Below, piece after piece: positions 22,820 through 34,370 of a stretch of 64,000 bases of DNA. Under the pieces are notes generated by a model. That model had not been told where the DNA came from. It saw nothing but the letters and a program-made list of their open reading frames with translations, and searched no databases. The DNA is from Macrostomum lignano (lineage: Eukaryota): the NCBI GenBank assembly GCA_002269645.1, contig NIVC01001705.1, positions 1 through 64,000 on the forward strand. Direction: 5' to 3'. Numbering within the stretch: position 1 is the first letter of the stretch; each line of letters begins with the position of its first letter. The translations under genes and the position numbers were made by a program.

Positions 22820-24150
22820 TTGAGCATTAGCAGATGGCCTGCACCAGGATCATCATAGACTGTATCTTACCATTGGATATATGAAGCCTCCTCTGCCTTG
22901 CTAAGCTCCCATTGGTCAACCACGTTGCCTCTAAGAGAGCCGCCCATCTCCAAGAAAGGATCCAAGATTGGGGCCAAGTGCACCAGCCTACAAATCTGCC
23001 ACCAGGAGCATGCAACCCTGAGGCTGAAGAAGCCAAGTAGAGGAGGCCAACTGATGCTCTAACAGACATGCCCTACATTGATCCTAGAGATGCAGACACT
23101 AGACAACCAATCTGCAGCTGCTGGCACCAAGTGGCACTAGAAATGCCAGCCTGCGCCGAGCTTGACCTATATACTAGAGATGACCTATGCAGCCTCGGCA
23201 TTGCCTTCTGGGAAGCATATATGGACAGGGTCCGGTTCTGTCTAGAGGCAGCCTCTAGGTGCAGCAAGTCCAACCTGTCTGCCGACCAAAGTGCAACTGC
23301 CCATGAAACCCTGGAGGCCCTACCTAAAGCTGACATCAGTGCATAGATGGACAGCTCAGTTGTAGATGGCATAGGGCCAGGAGGCAGCGCTGCTACTATT
23401 GGTACCAAACTGGTTACCTTCATTTGGAAGAGCCCAGTTGGCTGTTTCTACAGCTCTTTTGATGCCAAGATGTATACCATCAAGGATGCCCTCACTTTTG
23501 TCACAGAAAAGATTGCCCTAGGCATAGCCCACATCTGGCTATGTAGCAACTTGCTCTCATTGCTCATGGCCCTGCAAGCGAGCTCCTTGGACCAGCGCAC
23601 TGAGAGCAGCCTCTCTTGCTAGAGTCTCCTTATCAACTTGGGCACCTACGACCTCAATAACATCAACCTTGCCTAGGTCCCTGCCCATTGTGGCATACCT
23701 GCTAATGAAGCTATAGACAGAGCCATAAATGCTGCAGCCTGCTTGACACAAACCTTGGTTGCCATTTAGCTCAGCACCATTAAGGCTGCTATTTGCTGAG
23801 ACTATCATATGCTTGATGATAGTGTCATGCCTCTAGCCTAGCCAACTTTCCACATCAGGAGTTGGGCTAAAAATATGACAACTTGCCAACTCTAAGCTAG
23901 TGCCTCAATGCTGGCCACAAAGATCTGATACCAATTTGGCCTAATAGATTCCCCACATTGCCAGGACTGCGGGGCACTGGACTTGAGCCTACATGCAATC
24001 TTCAACTGCCTGAGGGGGAATATGCACCGCATATGCCTAGTTGGCACTGAAGTGGAGCATCTCCTTGCCAAGCCAGGCTTGGCTCTCTCACTTCTCCAGA
24101 GCATGGGGCATTGGCCCCCATCCATTTTGGCATCGCCACACTACTAGATA
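22820..24150 (+). pseudogene. Degenerate non-LTR retrotransposon 3' fragment (RT tail, RNase H, C-terminal CCHC)
   Basis: ADISA*MDSSV (from AWTDGS), SSFDAKM.TI..AL, INLA*VPAHCGIPANEAID and PHCQDCG...H.IFNC; multiple stop codons. Confidence 0.8.
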
Positions 24151-24451
24151 AGTGCTGAAGATGAAGAAGAAACCACACTGATTGATCTTATGCCTGGTGG
24201 ATTTCAGCCACACCTATAATAAGATATGGCAAAATGGCCTGCTTGCCAAACTCTACCATGAATCCATAAATCCATGTACATGTAGCTATATTTAGGCCCC
24301 TACAATTATATTTTTCTTTTTAAAAAGTCATTTTGCCTGCCAGTACCAGTAGACAAAAAGGCAATAAACAAAATGACTATAGTGCACCTACTTTATAGGC
24401 CTAACCCTAACAAAATTTTGGCACATACTCCAAAAATTTTATGATATAGGC

Positions 24452-24770
24452 CATACATGCCCAACCTCAAAATTTCACCTGTCCAGTGCAACTTAGTTTT
24501 GTCTAGATTTGCAACTTAGTTCCTCCCAATTGTGACTTAGTTCCTCTTGATTGCGACTTAGTTCTCCCAATTGAAACTTAATTTTCACTTTGTATATGAC
24601 TTTTATTGACTTTTTCTCTTTTCTCTCAGTCTCCTCTGTCCCTCTCTCTTCTCCTTTCTTTCTTTGCCCATTTTTTTGTTTTTCACATTTTTGATTTTGC
24701 GACTTACCTTGGCCAGCAGCCTTTTCACCCATCCAGCTTGGATGGGTCAGATGGATATTGGGCATGTATG
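24452..24770. mobile_element. hAT-type MITE with the same TIR family, lacking the rRNA fragment
   Basis: CATACATGCCCAAC ... ATTGGGCATGTATG; 8-bp TSD ATATAGGC; decayed TGC(G/A)ACTT repeats. Confidence 0.85.
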
Positions 24771-25929
24771 ATATAGGCTATTAATAAAGATATGAAATAG
24801 AAATATTGCCAAAATACTCTAGGGCCTAGGGCCTAGCACAAGGCCTTCCTAACTTAACCTTTGGAATTAAATACAATGCAAAGCAAAAAGCATCTTACCC
24901 TTCATTCTTAGAAATATTATATGAAGACAAAGTTAGCTTGTAGCCTGATGGAGGTGTACTTTTAATTTAGAATTAAAAATACAAATTAAATAATAAATTT
25001 AGTTGGTAGAAATTTTTTACACTATATACAGCACGTTCACTTAATAGACTAAACTAAGAGTTTGTTTGAGACTGGCTTATGCTTTGCAATTTACTATTTT
25101 GTGTAATTAGGAGGTTGGAAGTAGTACACTCTATTTGATAACTGCAGTTAGAAGTATTGTAGCATAGGTCTCAATTCATAGGTCACGACGTCCTGTACTG
25201 AGCAGAGCCGTCGCAGTCCCCAGAGTTGTCGAATTTTAAAACAACGACTATATCTAATATAAATCTGATCTTGTGCGCCAATAAAATGACAAAGCTTTAT
25301 TGAGACTTTTTTATTTCAACTTTTTTTCACAAGTACTATATTTTTAGTGCCGTTTTGTTAATAACGGTTTTATATTTAAGCTGGGGTTTTCTAAGAAAAC
25401 ATTTAGACACAACGTTCGGTACGATGCGCAAAAATAGTGTTAAATTGTTTTTGGTACATTTCAGACAAGAAAATTCTTGTTAACTGGAACAGATTCGATA
25501 ATCAGAATCAAAATTACATTTTAATTGAGTGTAAGCTTTAAGTTCGTGAGCACAATTTTGGAATTATTTTATTTTCTAAATTTCAAATGCACTAAATAAT
25601 GCTTAACAATATTAACTTAATTCATTCAAACGAAATGAAATTTATTTTTAATTAACTTTTAGTATTGACAAATTTTATCATTAGTATTATTAATATAGTA
25701 TTACTAGCAACTCACTTATTTAAGCTTAGCTCAATTGTTAATGCCTTCCATAGTCAGGATTCAGGAAAGTAGCCTAGTCTTTGCCATAATAGATAATTGG
25801 GCAATTTCCTAGATTTGCAGATTTGCAGCTCAACCGATTTTCTTCAAACTTGCACTGTTCAATCAGAAATTTGTCTGGGATGGTATATGCATCCTGGCTG
25901 ATAAAATTTCTTGATGCTAAAGGGAATAT

Positions 25930-26922
25930 GGCAATCTCCTAGTTTACTGCATTAAATTATTTTCAGAATTTCAGGTAGAAAATGAAAAGTTACATATTTC
26001 AACAGACAGTAGTTAGAGGGCAGTCCAATATATTTAAGCTTGTGAACAAAAACTAAATACATAGTATAATACTGTCAAAACAGGCCACACTCCGGATCAT
26101 GTAGTATATGCCCAAAAATTCGGGCGTGCATTGGCCTTGCACGCCAAAATTAGGCATGCACAGTTGGTGTGCATTACTCCTGAGAAAATAGTATGCGTGC
26201 ACACCTGGCGTGCACTTTATAGAATCATGCGTAAGAGTTGTTGTAAAGTAGAAAAAAGATGAAAAAAGTTCATTTTTCAGCACAAATTCCAATTTTTCTG
26301 GTTGTTTCCAGCTCGTAAAGAGTATTTAAACAAATTTTTGCATGTATAAACTTTCTGCTGTAAAAAGTATTGCTGAAAAAGCTTTAAAAGCAACAAAATT
26401 ATCTAATATTAAGGGTCTATTATGCAATTTAAAAAAATGTATTTTATTGTCACAACGTAAAAAAGGTCATTTATTGTCGCAACACCGGTGTATTTTTGAG
26501 AATAGGCGTGCATTTTGTAATTATTCAATTTTTGTTCGGGCATGCACCCAGCATGATCTGGACTATGGAAAACAGGCTCCTTGCCTGAGCCAAATTTACT
26601 ACTTATTATATCTTATCTAATATAGGAAGTTCCTAAACTCCTTCTTTGGAAAGAGGCGGCACCACAAGTACTCATTGAGATGGGTCTCAAACAGGGCAAC
26701 GCTGGTCCTGTGCATTGCCCTGAATTTGGCCTTGACATATGCCTATGACCCCTCAATGGTATTTGTATAGACAATTAGGTCGTGGGGGTCCACAAAGTGG
26801 AGTCAGTGATTGATGGCCACATGATTCTGCAAGCCGTTGTAAGCCTTATGGGCAGTCAGTAGGTAGGCTGAAAAGTTTTGAAAGTGGGCAAATAATTTAA
26901 TGTAGTAAACTAGGAGATTGCC
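25930..26922 (-). mobile_element. Merlin (IS1016/ISXO2-like) DNA transposon relic
   Basis: ~30-bp TIR GGCAATCTCCTAGTTTACT(G/A)CATTAAATTATT; 8-bp TSD GGGAATAT/AGGAATAT. Minus-strand 26870-26640 encodes AYNGLQNH..INH*LHFVDP..VYTNTIEGS*AYVK...HLNEYLW, the typical ISXO2/Merlin C-terminus. Confidence 0.8.
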
Positions 26923-26957
26923 AGGAATATATATTTGAAAAACATGCTTTTTTGGAA

Positions 26958-27851
26958 GGCAGTGCTTATCCCCACGGTACCCTAGGAATAATTTCTGTCT
27001 TATTCCAACGGTACTGTGCATACATGCGCAACCCCCCTGATTTACACTGGCCATGCGACTTACTTTTTGACCAAAAATGCGACTTACCCGTGAAAGAAAT
27101 CCTAGAGCAACATTAACGCAATTTTGGGTAAACGGCAGGAGTAACTATGACTCTCTTATAAGGGCTAATGCCTCATCATCTAATTAGTACTACATCTGTA
27201 TTCTTTGGGGTGGGCATTTTTGCGACTTACCCCTGGTCCACCACAATTTACGGTGGCCAAATTGGCCAGGTCGGCCAGCAGTTGCGCATGTATGGTACTG
27301 TGGGATAATTTTTTGCTTATCTACATGGCACAATGACAGATAGCTGCCCTATCTTCTACATATGCCATGGGAATAATTTAGTTTAGTATTTTTAGTATTT
27401 ATAGTTTAAGTGCAATATAACAACATGACTTTGCTTGGCCATTAGTTTTATAGAAGTAAATATTTAATGGCCTTTTTATGCAAAAAACACTTGTATTTAT
27501 GACGTATGATTTAAGGTACATTGCTCTAGTAATTGTTTATAATTTGAATTTTTAGCAACTAGTCTAATCCTGAGATCCCCAAAAAGTCCATTGCCGCTTT
27601 TGTAGACTTTTACTAGACATGTAAATTCGCAATTTGTTTGTATAGATTATTGCATTGCTTCAACAATTTGCCCTATCTTGTCAGTGTGCCATGCAGATAA
27701 GCAGAAAATTATTCCCATGGCATATATAGAATATAGGGCAGCTATCTCGTCAGTGTGCCATGCGGATAAGCAAAAAATTTTTCCCATGGTACCATTGGAA
27801 TAAGACAGAAATTTTTTCTATGGTAGGGATACCGTAGGGATAAGCACTGCC
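26958..27851. mobile_element. Mutator-like (MULE) foldback MITE
   Basis: Long imperfect TIRs starting GGCAGTGCTTATCCC and ending GGGATAAGCACTGCC; 9-bp TSD TTTTTGGAA. Confidence 0.8.
27019..27294. mobile_element. hAT-type MITE carrying a 28S rRNA-like fragment (copy 2; fragment at 27126-27188)
   Basis: Same 14-bp TIR as copy 1; 8-bp TSD GTACTGTG; inserted in the left arm of the MULE. Confidence 0.9.
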
Positions 27852-28409
27852 TTTTTGGAAAGGTCAAACAGCTCTTTCAACTTGAAATGCATTGTAAAAA
27901 TTCTAGAGAAAAAACTGACTAGTTGAATTCTGATTCTAAAGTAGATTGTATTACAACAGGCTTTTTATTTATTCAATCTGTGTACTAGCTAAATTTTGAC
28001 ACTGAATAACTGAATTGAATTGGATCATAGTATTGAAAACACAGTGTGGAAGCATAGCAAAATACTTGATTTAGATTGTATAACCATATTGCTAACTACA
28101 ATTAAGACTGATACTGACTTGCCTAATAAATTTATTATGTCATAACTGACTTGGTGCGAGTGTTGAATTATAAGTACTATAAATTCATAAATAAATTCAA
28201 AGATAGCTAGCCTAGATGGGAATAGATTGGAGTGCTAATGCAGTTGCCAGGGTTTGAATCATATGATTTAAAACAAATATCGCACTCGATAACGAAATGA
28301 TTAATGCACTAGATGTGAAAACTATTATTGCACAAGATGAGAAAACTGTTATTGCATAGGATGAGAAGGCTATTATTGCTAATATTGCACGAGATGAGAA
28401 AACCACTAT

Positions 28410-28965
28410 TGAACTAGGGGGATCATTGTAAACCTGACTGGGGGATCATTTCAAACCTGACTAGGATCTTCGCACACCTGACAGGTAGGCCTTAGATCAT
28501 TGCAAGCCTGGCTAGGGGATCATTGCAAACCTGACTGGGATCATTTTAAACCTGACTGGGGTCATTGCAAACCTGACCGGGGTCATTGCAAACCTGACTG
28601 GGATCATTGTAAACCTAATGGATCATTTCAAACCTGATTGGACGATAATTGCAAACCTGACTGGGATCATTGCAAACCTGACTCTAGGGGATCATTGCAA
28701 ACCTGACTGCTGGGGATCATTGCGAACCTGACTGGGGTCATTGCAAACCTGACTGGGATCATTGCAAGCCTGAATGGGGATTATTGCAAACCCTGGGATC
28801 ATTGCAAGCCTGAATGGGGGTCATTGCAAACCTGACTGGGATCATTGCAAGCCTGAATGGGGATGATTGCAAACCTGACTGGGATCATTGCAAGCCTGAC
28901 TGGGATAATTGCAAACCTGACTGGGGAATCATTGCGAACCTGACTGGGATCATTGCAAACCTACA
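28410..28965. repeat. Minisatellite, ~21-bp unit GGGATCATTGCAAACCTGACT
   Basis: Direct reading. Confidence 0.9.
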
Positions 28966-29049
28966 GGCTGCAAAGTTCAGGCTACAACCCGAACCCCCAT
29001 TAGTGCAGCTCAAATAACACTAATAATAAAAATCGTTTATTTCAGCTCC

Positions 29050-32000
29050 ATGTCGGGCAAAGACACGCTTATAGTTGATCTGGGCGCTGGCTATGTAAAG
29101 ATTGGCTCAGCCAGCGAGTCAGAGCCTCGCCAGGTAATCAACTCTGTAACAAAGGCTAAGCACGTGAAAACTCGAGTATTTGTTGGCAATGAACTCGACG
29201 AGTGCAAGGACTTGTCCGGTCTGTACTATCAGCTGCCTTTTCAGAAGGGCTATCTGCTCAATTGGGAGCTGCAGAAGCAGGTATTGGACCACTGCTTAAA
29301 GCCTTACGCCGATAAACGGCCGTTGTCAGAGTGGCAGGTGAGTGCCGTGGTAAAAATAGGCGAGCGTTCTGTGTCGCAGGAGCCTTGTCATCTAGTTAGT
29401 ACTTTTTAAAACAACCCAACTAAACGTCTATCAAGTGAGGGCTAAATAGTTACCGTTACAAGAATCGCTAGAGAGTCATTGTGTTTGAGTCATTGAGTCA
29501 TTGGGTTTCTACTAAATCAATCTGAAGTAGACTAAATAGAGTTGTTATAAATGCGGAATGCGATTCTGATTCATAAGACGCAACTCAGTGATTCTACAGT
29601 GACTCCCGCACACTTCAGATACGACTCAACGGCCCCAGAGTCATTTGCGTCGCCCCAAAGTCGCAGACAATAAAATGCTCTTTGGCGACTCTGATGAATT
29701 TTATGCGATTTTTAGCGTGACATCTCGTCGTTTTAAAGTCATCTAGAGTCACTTCTTTCCTATTTTACCTGTGCTATCTACAGCGACTCTAAAAACGACT
29801 CTAGGGCGATGCAAGTGACTCTGGGACGCTTCTTGGCCTAGGTACGGTTTTCATCGGGATAGGCTAGTCAAAGTTGCTCCAGTTGTCTGCCCAAATTTCC
29901 GAAAAAATGCTTTTCAACAACGCCAGGTGATAGTCACCGAGCCGTGTATTAATTTTTCGCCTGTGGCCGAAGCCCTCGATGAGGTGCTATTCGAAGAGTA
30001 CGGATTCAAGGCTGTCGCCCGGCTGCCAGCCGCGTTCCTGGCCGCTCAACGAGATCAAAGGCAGCGCGGCGTGTTGCCAGCCGATCACGCCTGTCTGGTG
30101 CTCGACTGCGGCTATTCGTTCAGCCACGCTGCCGCTTACAGGCGAGGCCGCCTCGTGCCCGGCAGCGTCCGGCGGGTCAACGTTGGTGGCAAGGTTCGTA
30201 GTGTTTTATCAACAAGAGATTCAACTGATATTCCCTTGAGAATATTGGGTCTCGTTTCAGTATCCTTGGTCGATCCAAAATTTAGTATATTGGACTAGCC
30301 TATCGGCTCCCCTTTCGGGGGGATCGTGTGCTGCACACTATTAGGCAGCCATCGCACATTTAGCATTGGTATTATCCGGGTTAATTTGATTCTGGAGTGA
30401 TTTTTTAATTGATTCTAGATAGAATATCAGACTTGAGAGTAAGGAAGAAGGGAGTATATATCGACTGGAGGGATATATCGAAGGGAGTGAAGGGAAGGAA
30501 GGAAGGAAGGAAGAAGGGAGGGAAGGAAGAAGGGAGGGAGGGAAGGAAGAAGGGAGGGAAGGAAGAAGGGAGGGAAGGAAGAAGGGAGAGAGGGAAGGAA
30601 GAAGGGAGAGAGGGAAGGAAGAAGGGAGAGAGGGAAGGAAGAAGGGAGGGAGGGAAGGAAGAAGGGAGAGAGGGAAGGAAGAAGGGAGAGAGGGAAGGAA
30701 GAAGGGAGGGAGGGAAGGAAGAAGGGAAGGAAGGAAGAAGGGAGAGAGGGAAGGAAGAAGGGAGGGAGGGAAGGAAGAAGGGAGGGAAGGAAGGAAGAAG
30801 GGAGGGAAGGAAGGAAGAAGGGAGGGAAGGAAGGAAGAAGGGAGGGAGGGAAGGAAGAAGGGAGAGAGGGAAGGAAGAAGGGAGGGAGGGAAGGAAGAAG
30901 GGAGAGAGGGAAGGAAGAAGGGAGGAAGGGAGGGAGGGAAGGAAGAAGGGAAGGAAGGAAGAAGGGAGGGAGGGAAGGAAGAAGGGAGAGAGGGAAGGAA
31001 GAAGTGAGGGAGGGAAGGAAGAAGGGAAGGAAGGAAGAAGGGAGAGAGGGAAGGAAGAAGGGAGGGAGGGAAGGAAGAAGGGAGGGAAGGAAGGAAGAAG
31101 GGAGGGAAGGAAGGAAGAAGGGAGGGAAGGAAGGAAGGAGGGAGGGAAGGAAGAAGGAAGGGAGGGAAGGAAGAAGGGAGAGAGGGAAGGAAGAAGAGGG
31201 AGAAGGAAGGGAGGAAATGAACGAAGGAAGGAAAAGATTTACCCCATTCCGTCTACTATGCCTGCTATATATTTGGAACTACTATGAAAATAACAACCTA
31301 GCAACCCCGCCGTCTACCCGCAGTACCATATATGCAATTATAACATAATTGTGCATTGCAGGTGCTAACCAACTATCTGAAAGAGGCCATCTCCTACCGG
31401 CAGCTGATGGTGATGGACGAGACTCACGTGATGAATCAGTGCAAAGAGGACGCCTGCTTTGTGTCGGAAAATTTCGACGCAGATTTAGCTGCCATGTCGC
31501 GTGCAGCGCAGCGTTCGCCGTTGGATTCTGAGGCGCAGGAGAGGTGCCAAAAGCTCTGCTGCGAGTACGTGCTGCCTGACTATGCTCAGCATCGGAGAGG
31601 CTTTGTGCGCCAGTTGGGCTCGCAGAAGCAGCAGCAGCAGGTGGTTGCTTGTTGCTTGAGTAGCTTCTTATTCGTCTGGGAGCGGGGTCACCGATTCACC
31701 AAGTTATTTTGAGGTTCACCAACTTATGTGATAGATGGTTATGGTTCACCAACTTTAGATGGTAGATTGTTATGGTTCACCAACTTTAGATGGTAGATTG
31801 TTATGGTTCACCAACTTATATGATAGAGTTATGGTTCACCAACTTTAGATGAGAGATTGTTATGGTTCACCAACTTATATGATAGATGGTTATGGTTCAC
31901 CAACTTTAGATGAGAGATTGTTAAGGTTCACCAACTTATGAGATAGATGGCTATGGTTCACCAACTTATATGATAGAGTTATGGTTCACCAACTTTAGAT

Positions 32001-33357
32001 GAGAGATTGTTATGGTTCACCAACTTATATGATAGATGGTTATGGTTCACCAACTTTAGATGAGAGATTGTTAAGGTTCACCAACTTATGAGATAGATGG
32101 CTATGGTTCACCAACTTATATGATAGAGTTATGGTTCACCAACTTTAAATGGTAGACTGTTAAGGTTCACCAACTTATATGATAGATGGTTATGGTTCAC
32201 CAACTTTAGATGAGAGATTGTTAAGGTTCACCAACTTATATGATAGATGGTTATGGTTCACCAACTTATGAGATAGATGGCTATGGTTCACCAACTTATA
32301 TGATAGAGTTATGGTTCACCAACTTTAAATGGTAGATTGTTATGGTTCACCAACTCATATGATAGATGGTTATGGTTCACCAACTTTAGATGATAGAGTT
32401 ATGGTTCACCAACTTTAAATGGTAGACTGTTAAGGTTCACCAATTTATGAGATAGATGGCTATGGTTCACCAACTTTAGATGAGAGATTGTTAGGGTTCA
32501 TCAACTTATGTGATAGATGGTTATGGTTCACCAACTTATGAGATAGATGGCTATGGTTCACCAACTTTAGATGGGAGATTGTTATGGTTTATCAACTTAT
32601 TTGTTAGATGGTTATGGTTCAACTTTAGATGGTAGATTGTTACGGTTCACCAACTTATGTGACAGATTGTTATGGTTCACCAACTTATGTGATCGATTTT
32701 TATGGTTCACCAACTAACGCGATGGATGGTTAAGGTTCACCAACTTTAGATGGCAGATTGTCACGGTTCACAAGTTTATATGGCAGATTGTCACGGTTCA
32801 CAAGTTCAGATGGCAGATTTTCATGGTTCACAAGTTTATATGGCAGATTGTCACGGTTCACAACTTTAGATGGCAGATTGTCGCGGTTCACCAACTGCGA
32901 TCTGACATGGCTAGCGTGTGAACTTTCTTTATCACATCCGCCGCAGGAGCAGACCCTCCGTCTGGGCATTGAGCGCGTGGCCACCCCAGAGCTGCTGTTC
33001 CGGCCATCGGACGCGGGCATACCGGAGATGGGCGTGGCCGAAGCCCTGTGCGACACCCTGTCCGGCCTGCCGCCTCACGAGCAGCCGCTGTACACCGACG
33101 CCGTAGTTCTCGCCGGCGGCAGCTGCCGTTTCGCCGGATTTGCAAACCGGTTAGAAACGGAATTGCGAGCCTCTCTGCCGGACGATTTTCCGCTAGGCGT
33201 CCGTTGCCATGGCGACCCGGCCGCTCAAGCCTGGCTAGGCGGTCGCGACTTGGCCCTGTCGCCCGACGGAGCTTTGGAATGCTATGCGGTGTCGCGGAAG
33301 GACTATCGGGATCACGGGGCCGCCTTGTGCAGCGAAAGATTTGCTCAGTTTACCTAA
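29050..33357 (+). CDS. ACTR6: Actin-related protein 6 (SWR1/SRCAP subunit), 4 exons, 414 aa
   Basis: Exons 29050-29337, 29927-30193, 31362-31640 and 32947-33357, all phase 0. Motifs [80 protein letters not shown] and ERVATPELLFRPSD. Confidence 0.95.
29452..29848. mobile_element. Possible MITE with imperfect terminal inverted repeats and many GAGTCA/TGACTC motifs
   Basis: ACCGTTACAAGAATCGCTAGAGAGTCA versus the reverse complement of the right end, ACCGTACCTAGGCCAAGAAGCGTCCCAGAGTCA; no clear TSD. Confidence 0.35.
30295..30325 (-). mobile_element. Helitron-like 3' terminus
   Basis: Minus strand CCCCCCGAAAGGGG hairpin followed by AGCCGATAGGCTAG|T. Confidence 0.45.
30490..31220. repeat. Homopurine (GGAA/GGGA/GAA) tract
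   Basis: About 730 nt with almost no pyrimidines; ARP6 intron 2. Confidence 0.95.
31715..32895. repeat. Minisatellite, ~30-31-bp unit TTATGGTTCACCAACTT...GATAGATGG
   Basis: Direct reading; fills ARP6 intron 3. Confidence 0.95.
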
Positions 33358-33469
33358 GGCGTGTCGTGGAAAATCCGCGGAATTACCGTGGATTGGGCGC
33401 TTTGAAGTTGAATTAACTTTCGGGTTTCTGGCTACTCGTATTGGATTTCTGGATCTTAAGATTGGGTTT

Positions 33470-33697
33470 CCACTAGGCGTTCCAGATCCTCAGGTTGGGT
33501 TTCCGGATCCTCAGGTTGGGTTTCCGGATCTTCAGTTTGGGTTTCCGGATCCTCAGTTTTCCGGATCCTTAGGTTGGGTTTCCGAATCCTTAGGTGGGTT
33601 TCGGGATCCTTAGGTTGGGTTTCCAGACCCTCAGTTTGGGTTTCCGGATCCTCGGGTTGGGTTTCCGAATCCTAAGGTGGGTTTCCGGATCCTCAGT
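33470..33697. repeat. Tandem ~21-bp unit GGGTTTCCGGATCCTCAGGTT
   Basis: Direct reading. Confidence 0.85.
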
Positions 33698-34159
33698 TTG
33701 AATTATGTGTTAATATATTTTTAACTAATTAAGTCAATCTTTTAGCAAATTAATGCATTATTTTAATTATCCAATGCTGTTAATTAGTGGTCAATTATTC
33801 TGACTGACAAACTCGCATTTCACTATACTGTAAGTAACAACATAAATGTAGTGTCAAACTTTCGTTAACTACTGTTATTAACAGATTTTGGTTAAAACTG
33901 TGTTCTGTGCGCAGTTCTGTTCAAGCTGCTGTTTGAGCAAAGTACACAGCTGTACTTTGACCATAATAAACTTATGCAACCGTTGTTATAAATATGCGAA
34001 TTAACCATTGCATGTTGTAGTCTAAGTCTAATTAAAGATTGAAAACATATCGAGCTTCAAGCGTCTCTTATTTACAAATTATTGTAAAAATTATCTGCTA
34101 CCTAAATTTCAGATGACTGGAACAACTACAAACTTATTTAGGCATTTATCACGATGTTA

Positions 34160-34370
34160 CTTCTCAGTGTACAAGACTACTGAGTGGTTAGTTGGTCTAC
34201 CAGTGTACAAGACTGCTTTACTGAGGGGTCAGATCTAGTCTACCGGTGTACTCGTACAAGACTGCTTTACTGAGGGGTCGGTCAGTCTACCAGTGTACAA
34301 GACTGCTTTACTGAGGGGTCAGTCAGTCTACCAGTGTACAAGACTGCTTTACTGAGGGGACAGTCAGTCC
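34160..34370. repeat. Tandem ~39-bp unit CAGTGTACAAGACTGCTTTACTGAGGGGTC...
   Basis: Four to five copies read directly. Confidence 0.8.

Larger units (their letters stand above)
25826..28260 (+). mobile_element. Decayed non-autonomous Helitron-family copy interrupted by Merlin and MULE insertions
   Basis: Pieces 25826-25929, 26923-26957 and 27852-28260 join into a continuous match to 39085-39560. Confidence 0.7.

Noticed and set aside
30409-31348. R/E/G/K-rich ORFs
   Set aside because: Homopurine tract within ARP6 intron 2.
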